62,434 nucleotides of DNA from an uncultured Candidatus Saccharibacteria bacterium (lineage in GTDB: Bacteria; Patescibacteriota; Minisyncoccia; Minisyncoccales; UBA1441). This document shows positions 9,743 to 18,759 of this stretch, in pieces; position 1 is the first letter of the stretch; every line of letters starts with the position of its first letter. Under the pieces are notes generated by a model. The model was not told the origin of the DNA, searched no databases, and was given only the letters and a program-made list of their open reading frames with translations. Position numbers and translations under genes: made by a program. The DNA is taken from the NCBI GenBank assembly GCA_964647465.1, contig CAZYFS010000002.1, forward strand, positions 1 through 62,434. Reading direction: 5' to 3'.

Positions 9743-10435
9743 TTAAAAGGTAAACTTACTATCTTTTTCATCTCTAATAATTTTCCCTTGACGCAGAGCA
9801 ATTTTTCGCCCTTCCGTTTGCGAAATAACATCTTTGTCATGAGTAGCAACGATAACTGTCGTCCCTAATTGATTAATTTTTTTGAATATCTTAATTATCT
9901 CCCAGGTGTTATAAGGATCAAGATTCCCACTCGGTTCATCGGCGACAACTAATTTTGGTTGATGAATTAATGCTCGAGCAATTGCCAATCGTTGTTTTTC
10001 TCCTCCTGAAAGCTCGCAAGGATAATTATCTTTTTTATCTCTTAATCCAACAATGTCCAAAACACGAGGAGTATCACGATTAATATCTTGATCGCTAGCC
10101 CCAACAACAATTAACGCGTAAGCAACATTTTGATAAGCGGTTTGTCTTGGCAAAAGCTTATAATCTTGATAAACCACGCCAATCTTTTGACGTAATTCTG
10201 ATAATTCTCGAGCCGACATTTGGTTTACAATTTTTCCTTCAAAAAAAACATCCCCCCTGGTTGGGCGCTCTTTCCCCACTAATAAATTAATAAGAGTTGT
10301 TTTTCCTACTCCCGAACGTCCAACAATAGTGATAAATTCCCCTTCTTGAATTTCAAAATTAATATCTTTTAGGGCAACCGAACTACGCGAGTATATCTTA
10401 CTAACTTGATCAAATTTAATTATTGGTTTAATCAT
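9743..10435 (-). CDS. ftsE: cell division ATP-binding protein FtsE
   Basis: 230 aa ABC ATPase with Walker A GRSGVGKTT, signature LSGGEKQR and Walker B LVVADEP. Confidence 0.9.
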   Translation of the reverse strand: MIKPIIKFDQVSKIYSRSSVALKDINFEIQEGEFITIVGRSGVGKTTLINLLVGKERPTRGDVFFEGKIVNQMSARELSELRQKIGVVYQDYKLLPRQTAYQNVAYALIVVGASDQDINRDTPRVLDIVGLRDKKDNYPCELSGGEKQRLAIARALIHQPKLVVADEPSGNLDPYNTWEIIKIFKKINQLGTTVIVATHDKDVISQTEGRKIALRQGKIIRDEKDSKFTF

Positions 10436-11541
10436 TTAATCTAATTTCAGCTTCGATAAACTTTTCTAATGACCCATCTAATACTTCATCTATCCGCGAT
10501 GTTTCTACTTTAGTCCGATAATCTTTAATCATTTGATACGGCTGAATAACATAGGAACGAATTTGTTTCCCCCAAGCGGCCTTTGGATCTTCCTTGAACT
10601 TCGCTAAAGTCTTTCTTTCTTTCTTTTGTTCAGCCTGGTATAATCGTACTTTTAACATTTTCAGAGCCTGGTCACGATTTGATCCTTGCAACCTTTCTGA
10701 TTGACAACTTGCTGTTATCCCCGTCGGCAAATGAGTAATTCTGATCGCTGACTCCCTTTTATTAACATGTTGTCCGCCTGGGCCAGAAGATCGAAAAGTA
10801 TCAACTCTCAAATCTTTAGAATCAATTTCAATCTCAGCTTCTTTCTCTCGAGTAAGCTCTGGTAATACCTCCACCAAGGCAAAAGAAGTGTGCCTTAGAT
10901 GCTGTTCAGAAAAAGGAGAAATTCTTACTAACCGATGAACTCCCGACTCGCGCTTTAAATATCCATAAGCATAACGACCATCAATTTCCATTACAATCGA
11001 CTTTAAAGCTGTCCGGCTCTCTGGCCCACCTGGTTCTCCGAAAGAACAAGCTAATATCTTTATCTTAAAGCCAGATCTTTCCGCATATCGTTGATACATT
11101 CGAGATAGCATTGCCGTCCAATCTTCTGCTTCCCGTCCACCAGCTCCCGAAAAAATAGATAAGATAGCCTTTCCTTTGTCATATTCTCCCGTTAATAAAT
11201 ATTTAACTTGTTCTCGATTAATTCTTTTCGCGATTCCCTTTATTTCTTCCTGTAATTCGTTATCTATTCCCTGATCTCGATCTTCTTCTGATAGCTGATT
11301 CAACTTTTTAATATCTGTTAGTTCTTGTTCTAATTTTTCTAATCCTTCTACTTCCGATTTTAAATTTGTTAATTCTTTTTTAATTTCAATCGCTTTCTGT
11401 GGATTATTCCAAAGATTGGGTTCAGTGATTTTAATTTTTAGTTCTGCGATTTTATTTTTTTTAGAAGATAAGTCAAAGACAGTCCATTAATTTTTGGAGA
11501 GATTCCTGCATTTGATTGATTTTTGTTTCAAAAGAAACCAT
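10428..11541 (-). CDS. prfB: peptide chain release factor 2, expressed through a programmed +1 frameshift
   Basis: The ORF-track segment 10428..11303 carries SPF and GGQ (SGPGGQHVNK). My translation upstream from ATG 11541 gives MVSFETKINQMQESLQKLMDCL, then the in-frame TGA. Shifting +1 at CTT TGA C continues DLSSKKNKIAELKIKITEPNLWNNPQKA... in frame with the downstream ORF. Confidence 0.9.
11472..11478 (-). promoter_or_regulatory. prfB +1 frameshift site CTT TGA C
   Basis: The heptamer CTTTGAC on the minus strand is 21 codons after the ATG. CTT is codon 22 and TGA is at 11475..11473. Confidence 0.85.
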
Positions 11542-11587
11542 AAAAAACTTTATTTAATGTTACCATATTATCTTCGGAAGATAAAAG

Positions 11588-11660
11588 AGCCGAGAGCGGG
11601 ATTCGAACCCACGACCTGGCGCTTACGAAGCGCCCGCTCTACCAACTGAGCTATCTCGGC
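11588..11660 (-). tRNA. tRNA-Thr (anticodon CGT)
   Basis: Reverse complement: GCCGAGATAGCTCAGTTGGTAGAGCGGGCGCTTCGTAAGCGCCAGGTCGTGGGTTCGAATCCCGCTCTCGGCT. The acceptor stem is GCCGAGA/TCTCGGC and the anticodon loop is TTCGTAA. Confidence 0.9.
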
Positions 11661-11671
11661 CACGAACAAAG

Positions 11672-11743
11672 AGCGGTAGACGGGAGTCGAACCCGCGATC
11701 TTCTGCTTGGGAAGCAGACGCTCTACCACTAAGCTACTACCGC
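11672..11743 (-). tRNA. tRNA-Gly (anticodon CCC)
   Basis: Reverse complement: GCGGTAGTAGCTTAGTGGTAGAGCGTCTGCTTCCCAAGCAGAAGATCGCGGGTTCGACTCCCGTCTACCGCT. The acceptor stem is GCGGTAG/CTACCGC and the anticodon loop is TTCCCAA. Confidence 0.9.
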
Positions 11744-12147
11744 TAATTAAATAAAAACTTAATCTTTCCAAATAATTTTCTCCAAAATCCCAGCTCAGCT
11801 AATTCCTCTTCCTCTATTATTGAAGTATTGTTTTGGATTAAGAAAGAAACCGTTTTTTCCCCGGGCTTTTTTAAATCTAACTCTTCCTTCCCAACCCGCT
11901 CTAAATAATCAATATCTTTAGTTTCTTCAATCTGCTTGGCTAATTTGTCTTTTTTCTCTTCCAAGTCCTCCAATTGAATTTGTAGAGTAAGAACTCTTTC
12001 CTCTAGGGTAATTCTTTGATGCTTGGCTCGTAAATTCATTCGTACCAACAAAACTACTAGCAATAAAATGATTGCTACACTTACTATCAAAAGGATCAAT
12101 TTGGCTATTGATCGACTTTTTTTTCTTCTTGTCTTTCGATAATACAT
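11743..12147 (-). CDS. FtsB/DivIC-like septum formation initiator (single TM plus coiled coil)
   Basis: 134 aa with a basic N-terminus, one TM helix (IAKLILLIVSVAIILLLVVLLV) and then a coiled coil (LQIQLEDLEEKKDKLAKQIEE). The family assignment rests on architecture only. Confidence 0.5.
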   Translation of the reverse strand: MYYRKTRRKKSRSIAKLILLIVSVAIILLLVVLLVRMNLRAKHQRITLEERVLTLQIQLEDLEEKKDKLAKQIEETKDIDYLERVGKEELDLKKPGEKTVSFLIQNNTSIIEEEELAELGFWRKLFGKIKFLFN

Positions 12148-12169
12148 CTTTTATTTTATCACAAAAAAA

Positions 12170-13981
12170 TTATTTTTTGTTTTCTAGCATTTGGAAAAAT
12201 ATTTTTGATGGGATCTTAACCTTCCCTGTTTTTCCTAATTCTTTTTTCCCTTTCCTTTGTTTTACTAACAACTTCTTCTTTCGAGTGTAATCACCCCCAT
12301 AAATCGCTTGTGTCACGTTCTTTCCTCTAGCTTTTATTGTTCGACGAACAATGACTCGACCCTCGCTCTGAATTTGAATAGGAACAGCAAATTGTTGAGA
12401 AGGTAAAAGTTCATAAAGTTTATCTGCGATTTTTTGAGCTTCTCGATAAGCACGATGACGAGAAACAATCCTTGATAAACTTTCTTTTTTCTCTTTGGCA
12501 ATAAAAATCTCCAGCTTCGTTAAATCTCCCGGACAATAATCAGTAAAATGAAAACCGAAAGAAGCATGTCCTTGAGTTATGCTCTTTAATTGATCGTCAA
12601 ATCCTGAAATAATTTCTCTTAAGGGAACACGATAAATTAAAAGATAAGTTTTTTCCTGAAGATAATCTTGCCTACAAAAATTTCCCTCAAGGGTACTCAG
12701 CAACTGCATCACTTTCCCTAAGTATTCAATTTTTGTTACAATAGCCAGTTCTACCCACGGTTCTTCAATACTTTTAATGTTTCCTTGAGCTGGCCAATCA
12801 GCAGCTGAATTCACTTTAACCTCTTCTCCACTGGCAAGCTTTAGAGAGTAACTAACCATTGGAAAAGTAATGACTAAATCAAGGCCAAAATCTTCTTCTA
12901 GGCGACGAACTGTAATTTCTGTGTGTAATAATCCGAGAAAGCCACAACGAAAACCTCTCCCTAGACCTTCTCTTTTTTCCGGAACAAAAGTTAAAGAAGG
13001 ATCACTAAGCTTTAATTTTTCCAAGGAAGTCTTGAGAAGATTAAAATCTTGATCACCAGAAACATATAAACTACTAAAAACTACCGACATCGGTTCATGA
13101 TATCCTGGCAAAGGTTGAGGAGGAGAAAGTTTAAGTTGAGATTCTAAGATTATAGTTTCGCCAACATTAACAATTTCTGGATCCTTGATGCCCGTTGCGA
13201 GATAGCCTATCTCTCCAGCAACTAATTCCGGACACGATTGACGATCAGGCTTAAAATATCCCACCTCTTTCACTTCTGCCTCTTTTTGGGCTGCCAACAA
13301 ATATATTTTATCACCAACCTTCACTTTTCCATTCACAATTCTAATATAGGCAATCACTCCCTGGAAAGAATCGTATTGAGAATCAAAAATCAAACACCGA
13401 AAAGGGTTTTTTAGATCTTTTTCTTCCGGGGAAGGAAAAAGAAGAATTATTTGCTTTAACACTTCTTCGGTCCCCCATCCTTTCTTAGCAGAAATTTCTA
13501 AAACACTGTCTTGATCAACTTTCAAAAGGATAGCTAACTCTTTCTTTGCCTTTTCTGTTTGTGCTTGCGGAGAATCAATCTTATTAATAACCGGTAAAAT
13601 AATTAAATTTTGTTGCTGAGCTAATCTCAGGTTAGTAATTGTTTGAGCTTGAATTCCTTGGGTTGCATCAACCAATAAGACGGCTCCTTCTACTGCTGCT
13701 AGCGCTCGCGAGACTTCGTAGGCGAAATCAGTATGCCCAGGAGTATCAATTAAATTAAGGACGTAGGATTGTCCAGCAAATTGATATTTCATTTGAACAG
13801 GATGCATTTTAATAGTAATTCCCTTTTCCTGCTCTAGATCCATCCGATCAAGATATTGATCATGCATTTTTTTTGGAAGAATTGTTCCCGTTTTTTCTAA
13901 AAGACGATCAGCGAGAGTAGATTTCCCGTGATCAACGTGACTAATAATTACAAAGTTTCTAATCTTATCTCTCGACAACAT
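12170..13981 (-). CDS. lepA: elongation factor 4 (LepA)
   Basis: 603 aa with the GTPase motifs IISHVDHGKSTL and DTPGH, plus the LepA C-terminal domain. Confidence 0.95.
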   Translation of the reverse strand: MLSRDKIRNFVIISHVDHGKSTLADRLLEKTGTILPKKMHDQYLDRMDLEQEKGITIKMHPVQMKYQFAGQSYVLNLIDTPGHTDFAYEVSRALAAVEGAVLLVDATQGIQAQTITNLRLAQQQNLIILPVINKIDSPQAQTEKAKKELAILLKVDQDSVLEISAKKGWGTEEVLKQIILLFPSPEEKDLKNPFRCLIFDSQYDSFQGVIAYIRIVNGKVKVGDKIYLLAAQKEAEVKEVGYFKPDRQSCPELVAGEIGYLATGIKDPEIVNVGETIILESQLKLSPPQPLPGYHEPMSVVFSSLYVSGDQDFNLLKTSLEKLKLSDPSLTFVPEKREGLGRGFRCGFLGLLHTEITVRRLEEDFGLDLVITFPMVSYSLKLASGEEVKVNSAADWPAQGNIKSIEEPWVELAIVTKIEYLGKVMQLLSTLEGNFCRQDYLQEKTYLLIYRVPLREIISGFDDQLKSITQGHASFGFHFTDYCPGDLTKLEIFIAKEKKESLSRIVSRHRAYREAQKIADKLYELLPSQQFAVPIQIQSEGRVIVRRTIKARGKNVTQAIYGGDYTRKKKLLVKQRKGKKELGKTGKVKIPSKIFFQMLENKK

Positions 13982-13983
13982 AA

Positions 13984-15621
13984 TTATTTTTTAAATTCAG
14001 CTAATAATGATTTCTTGATCATTTTAAGTTCAGAAGACCTTAAGACCCAACTGCTTAATATATAAACTATTACTCCCCCCCCACCAGCGATTAAAGTCTG
14101 TTTTAATAACCCTAACAAGGTTTCCATGTCAACGATTAAGGCCGTCTTATAAAGGAGAAAATAGGTTACTCCGGCCATAATTAGAGTAGATAAAAATATT
14201 TTCACCGCCGAGATAGTAAGTTTTTTGAAAGGGATGCTTTTTAATTTCCTCTGCAACGCATAAAATAACGAGAAGAATTGAATTATCCCAGAAAAAGAAA
14301 AAGCTAATGGCAAGGCGATGATTCTGATGTCGGCAATTCCTGAAAGTTTCAACCAATTGCTAATCCAGATTTGCAAAGGATATCCGGGTTTAAGCCCCTC
14401 AACCATCAAAAGAGCAAACCCGATCCCCAAAAGAATAACAAAGACATTGATTAAGGCCGGAGTTTTAGTATCACGAAAGGCTCCAAAAGCTTTAGAAATC
14501 AAGGTAACTAAGGCTTGAGAGAATACACCTAGAGCAAAAACCCCCAAGCAAGCAGCTGTCAATCGCGTATCTCGCCAACCAAACTGACCAGCTCCCAGAA
14601 TAATTCTTACTAATTGTGCTCTAAGAATAAAGAAAAGAACACCAGCGGGAATGATCAAAAACAATATCTGGGAAAATGTTTTTTGAAAACTGTTTATGAA
14701 ATCGTCTTTTCTTTTTCGCGCAAAAGACAAAGAAAGAATTGGAAAGGCAGCCGTAGCAAAAGAAGCTCCAATTAAACGAATAAGGGCCTGACTAAAATCA
14801 GCCGCTAAATTATAAACGGCAATGCTCCCTACCGCTAAAGTTGAGGCAACGGCCGTAAAAACGAGAAGATTAATTTGAGAAGCAATTACTCCAAGAGCAC
14901 GAGGGCCCGCCAATTTTATTGACTTTTTAATTTGAGCATAACGCCAATTGATTTTTAAATTTAGCCGGAATCCTAAAGATAAAAGAGCTGGAATTTGCAA
15001 AGTTAAATGCAAAAAACCACCCAAGACAACCCCCCAAGCTAATCCCATTAAGCCACAGTAAGGAACTAAAAAGATAATTCCTAAAATAATTCCTATATTA
15101 TAAACCAAAGGAGCAAGGGAAGTAATTAAAAAACGATGAAAATATTGCAAAACACCACTCAAAACCGTACTTAAAACCAAAAAGATTGGATTAAGCAACA
15201 TTATTCTCATCATTAAAATAGCTGTTTTTTGTTCGACCTCTTTAAGCCCTGGGGCTATCGAGGGAATTATCCAAGGAGCAGCAACCATTAAAATAAGAGA
15301 AAGAACAAACAAGAAGACCAAAAACAAGTTAAGAATTGCCGAAACAAAATTCCATCCTTCTTCCTTCGAACGCATTCGACATTCGCTAAAGAGAGGAATA
15401 ATCATTACTGATATTGCTCCTGTAATCAAAACGGTAGAAATAAAACTAGGAATTCGAAGAGCTGTAAAATAAATATCAAGTTGACTTCCCGCTCCAAAAT
15501 TAGTAGCCAACAGTCTATTCCTGATTAGACCCAAAAAGGAGCTTGCTAATCCCGCAAAAGTCAAGATAAAACCCGCACTGCTGATGCTCTTTGCCCGATG
15601 ACTCAGAATTTTGTTAATCAT
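13984..15621 (-). CDS. murJ: lipid II flippase MurJ/MviN
   Basis: A polytopic membrane protein of the MurJ family. I place the start at Met28 of the ORF-track product (MINKILSHRAK...), because codons 1-27 (15622..15702) overlap the 3' part of the RNase P RNA. Confidence 0.85.
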   Translation of the reverse strand: MINKILSHRAKSISSAGFILTFAGLASSFLGLIRNRLLATNFGAGSQLDIYFTALRIPSFISTVLITGAISVMIIPLFSECRMRSKEEGWNFVSAILNLFLVFLFVLSLILMVAAPWIIPSIAPGLKEVEQKTAILMMRIMLLNPIFLVLSTVLSGVLQYFHRFLITSLAPLVYNIGIILGIIFLVPYCGLMGLAWGVVLGGFLHLTLQIPALLSLGFRLNLKINWRYAQIKKSIKLAGPRALGVIASQINLLVFTAVASTLAVGSIAVYNLAADFSQALIRLIGASFATAAFPILSLSFARKRKDDFINSFQKTFSQILFLIIPAGVLFFILRAQLVRIILGAGQFGWRDTRLTAACLGVFALGVFSQALVTLISKAFGAFRDTKTPALINVFVILLGIGFALLMVEGLKPGYPLQIWISNWLKLSGIADIRIIALPLAFSFSGIIQFFSLFYALQRKLKSIPFKKLTISAVKIFLSTLIMAGVTYFLLYKTALIVDMETLLGLLKQTLIAGGGGVIVYILSSWVLRSSELKMIKKSLLAEFKK

Positions 15622-15661
15622 GCTTTTGTTAGAATAGCTTAATTCTTTCAAAAAAACAAAA

Positions 15662-16002
15662 ATTCCAGCTGGTGATAAGCCGAATTCTGTTTTTGTGATC
15701 ATTTATCTGGATCTAACGTTACCGTTAGATTCGAGCGAGCTACCTTAGAAAAATCTAAATTTGCTCTTGCATCCAAGTAAGGATTTAGCCGTTTCACCTT
15801 TAATGTCACCATTAAAGCTCTCCTTTAAAAGGAGCTATTCTTCTTTCGAAAAATAGCGTCTCTGTTCGCACCTCTATTCAGTTAAATTAATAACCAAACG
15901 ACGGCCGTTAGCCGCTACCCTTCTCCTCAAAAAAATGAGGGGATGTTCGGACTTTCCTCACCATAAATCACTTTATGGCGCGATCACTTCACCAGCCAGA
16001 AT
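15662..16002 (-). ncRNA. rnpB: RNase P RNA, bacterial type A
   Basis: The minus strand reads ATTCTGGCTGGTGAAG...CCATAAAGTGATTTATGG(P3)...GAGGAAAGTCCGAAC...GGGTAGCGGCTAACGGCCG...GGTGCGAACAGAGACGC...GGTGAAACGG...GGATGCAAGAGCAAAT...ACAGAATTCGGCTTATCACCAGCTGGAAT. The 5' and 3' P4 strands are both conserved (AAGTCCGA / TCGGCTT). The P1/P2 pairing GCTGGTGA/TCACCAGC is present. Confidence 0.9.
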
Positions 16003-16041
16003 AGTGTAATTATGGTAAGTAATTGTTGTTTTGTCAAATGA

Positions 16042-16479
16042 TTAAAAAAGACTAGAGGAATTTTTTTGATCTAAAGCCTGATTCACTAGTTGATCGGCTT
16101 CTTTGTTTTCTTCTCTAGGAATTAATTGAAAAATCACTTCTTTGAAATCTGTTTTTGCATTCCAAAGTTTTAAAAACAATGGTTGAATCCTTTCATTAAG
16201 AACCTTATAACGTCCGTTCACTTGCTCAACCAAAAGTTGAGAATCTGATCGAAGTTCTAAAAATGCTAATTTGGCGTCTTTTTTGCCAAGAAGAAGTTTC
16301 GCTTTTTGAAGAGCAAGAATAGCTGCTTGATATTCTGCTTCGTTATTGGTGGCTTTTCCTATGCATTGTTTGTACTCTTTTATTTTTTTTGAGTCAGCAA
16401 ATTTTATAACAACACCAACAGCTGCTGGCCCAGGATTCCCCCTTGCTCCACCATCAACACTAATCAATAGCTTGGTCAT
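16042..16479 (-). CDS. rnhA: ribonuclease HI
   Basis: 145 aa with the RNase H DEDD residues in the contexts DGGARGNPGPAA, NNEAEY, SDSQLLV and KEADQLV. Confidence 0.85.
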   Translation of the reverse strand: MTKLLISVDGGARGNPGPAAVGVVIKFADSKKIKEYKQCIGKATNNEAEYQAAILALQKAKLLLGKKDAKLAFLELRSDSQLLVEQVNGRYKVLNERIQPLFLKLWNAKTDFKEVIFQLIPREENKEADQLVNQALDQKNSSSLF

Positions 16480-17632
16480 GATTTTTTAATAAACAATTTT
16501 TAAATTGATTAAGTTTAGAGTTTTTAACTCGAAATCCAGAAGCAGGAGCATGCCCCCCAAAAGTAATTAATAATTTAGAGCACTTTCTCATTAATTCAAC
16601 GCTATCAACATTCTTGGGACACCGAACCGAACCGGTACTTTCTTCTTCCCCTTGATGATAAACAAAAATCGGGCAACCATACAATTTCACTAATCGAGAA
16701 GCCGCCGACCCCAACGCTATTGGCGACCAAAATGATTCCCCACCAAAAACAAGAGGCGGATTTTTTTCTCCTTCTAATTTTTCCTGAATAGTGGCAACAA
16801 TTTCATCTCTAGCTCGATGTTTTTTCACTAAATTAATTTCTAAACGTTTTACTATTCGGCGAATTTTTCCCTCTTGAGAAGTTGATAATGCTAAAAAAAC
16901 ATCAGCTTTATGAGAAGATGATGATATCCGACTAGCTCCCAACAAAGAAATGATTTTCGTTGATAAATATAAAATAGATGGACTCTCTTCGGCGAATTTT
17001 TCTTCTAGAATTTGCAAAGCAAGTCTATTAGTAGTTGGCAAACTATTCAATCCCCTGACAACGATATCTGCATTATCTTTTTCTTGTGGCATCATATCAG
17101 CAATCACCGAAAGGCTGGCCAATTCAACAAAACTCCGATCAAAAAAATCATATTCAGGATCTTCTCGAAGCAATAATTGAGCCACTTTATAACACAATCC
17201 TCCCGCTGTCATTTCTTTAAAATCGTATTCATCATCTTCCTGTTTCGGATCAATAATCAAAGAAGCCGGAGGAAGTTTCTCCGGAATTTTATGATGGTCA
17301 ATTACGATTACTTCAAAGCCCTGTTTATTTGCTAAAGTGATTTCTTTATAATTGCCGATTCCGAGATCAACCAAAATTAATAAAGCAGGAGAACGAGAAG
17401 CTAAAAACTTCAAAGCTGGTTTATTTAAACCATAACCGTCAGTTGCCCTGTCAAAAAAATAACAATAATCAATTTCGCCACCCAGGCGTTCAATTGCCTC
17501 TTTTAAAATAATCACTGATGTTGCTCCATCAACATCACTATCCCCATAAAGAATAATCTTTTCTTTTTTCTTAACAGCTTGTTTTATGCGTTCAGAAACT
17601 TCCGCTAAATTTTTGATCTGCTTTGCCATCAA
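16460..17632 (-). CDS. DHH-family phosphoesterase, short RecJ-like exonuclease
   Basis: 390 aa with the DHH motifs GDSDVDGATS, LVDLG and VIDHHK. Confidence 0.7.
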   Translation of the reverse strand: MMAKQIKNLAEVSERIKQAVKKKEKIILYGDSDVDGATSVIILKEAIERLGGEIDYCYFFDRATDGYGLNKPALKFLASRSPALLILVDLGIGNYKEITLANKQGFEVIVIDHHKIPEKLPPASLIIDPKQEDDEYDFKEMTAGGLCYKVAQLLLREDPEYDFFDRSFVELASLSVIADMMPQEKDNADIVVRGLNSLPTTNRLALQILEEKFAEESPSILYLSTKIISLLGASRISSSSHKADVFLALSTSQEGKIRRIVKRLEINLVKKHRARDEIVATIQEKLEGEKNPPLVFGGESFWSPIALGSAASRLVKLYGCPIFVYHQGEEESTGSVRCPKNVDSVELMRKCSKLLITFGGHAPASGFRVKNSKLNQFKNCLLKNHDQAID

Positions 17633-18759
17633 AGATTATTTCCTTCTTGATTTTTCTCTTCCAAAACCTTTATCCCTGGCAAAGAACCCCTCAGGAATAA
17701 TTCCATCATCGCTATCCCTCCCTTAGAAAGAAAAGACATTTTCTTTGCTAAATCAAATTCATTCAAGAAATCAACCGTTGATTTTCCTCCAACTAATTTA
17801 AAACTATTTTCGTTACGAGTTATTGCTAGGGCAATATCTTTCGTTCCATGATTAAATTTAGGCAACTCATGCATCCCTAATGACCCATGCCAAATTATCG
17901 TTTCTGCTGTTTTAATAATATTCGAAAATAGTTTTACTGTTTCTGGCCCAATATCAAAAATATCTTCTTCTTTTCTAAGTCCGCCAGGACCAGCAAGGCG
18001 AGTATAAATATTTGGAAAATCTCGAGGAGCAACAACTACATCAACCGGAAGATGTAATTTAAGATTAGTTAGTTCAAGTTGTTCAACGACTTGTACTGTT
18101 TCCTCGTCAGGCCAATTTTTCCCGATTGACATTCCTTTCACTCGCAAAATGACTTCGGCTATTTTTCCTCCCACCAAAACATAGTCAGCTTTAGTTAAAA
18201 ATTGGTGAACAAAAGAAATCGAAGGAACAATAGAATTCCCTCCAATAATAACAACTATTGGTGATTTTCTTTTCTCTCCAATAGTTTTGATTTCTTCCAT
18301 CAATCCAAACCCAGCAAAACTCGGCAAAAAAGAAGGAAGTGCTATTATTGACGCATAATTTTGGAGAGAGGGTTCAAAAGCATCATTGACGAAAATATCA
18401 CCTAATTCAGCTAAGGAATGAGCAAACCCCTTGTCTCCATTAATCTCCTCTGGATAACGAGAAAGATTTTCCAAAAGAATCAATTTATTTTGAGAATTTT
18501 TAATCTGTTCTTTGGTTTCTTCTTCTAAAAGAGAGGAGAAAATGAAATCAACGGGTTCGTTTAATGCTTTGCTTAATTTGTTCGATGTTAATCCTAAGCT
18601 TTCCTTAGGATTTTTTAAGGAGCCCAAGATTATTACTTGGGATTTTTGAGATAAAGCATACTCCAAGGAAGGAAGGCATTTTTCAAAAGGAGCCTCGAAG
18701 TCTATTCTTAGTAAAACTTTCTTTCCGAGAATATTGATGTCCTTAAAATTTTTTATCAT
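17629..18759 (-). CDS. phosphoglycerate kinase homolog with degenerate substrate-binding motifs
   Basis: 376 aa, colinear with PGK (VLLRIDFEAP, FVNDAF, DIGPETV, SKGGIAMMEL). The canonical SHLGRP, GTAHRAH, GGAKVSDKI and GGGDS motifs read GSLKNP, EPSLQNY, GGNSIVPSI and GGKST. Confidence 0.65.
   Translation of the reverse strand: MIKNFKDINILGKKVLLRIDFEAPFEKCLPSLEYALSQKSQVIILGSLKNPKESLGLTSNKLSKALNEPVDFIFSSLLEEETKEQIKNSQNKLILLENLSRYPEEINGDKGFAHSLAELGDIFVNDAFEPSLQNYASIIALPSFLPSFAGFGLMEEIKTIGEKRKSPIVVIIGGNSIVPSISFVHQFLTKADYVLVGGKIAEVILRVKGMSIGKNWPDEETVQVVEQLELTNLKLHLPVDVVVAPRDFPNIYTRLAGPGGLRKEEDIFDIGPETVKLFSNIIKTAETIIWHGSLGMHELPKFNHGTKDIALAITRNENSFKLVGGKSTVDFLNEFDLAKKMSFLSKGGIAMMELFLRGSLPGIKVLEEKNQEGNNL

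Noticed and set aside
11568-11771. A 67-aa ORF in the ORF track
   Set aside because: It lies exactly over tRNA-Thr and tRNA-Gly on the same strand. Its sequence is simply the translated tRNA genes.
15622-15702. An N-terminal 27-codon extension of the murJ ORF
   Set aside because: It overlaps the conserved 3' P4/P1 strands of the RNase P RNA. A normal MurJ-like start (MINKILS...) lies downstream.
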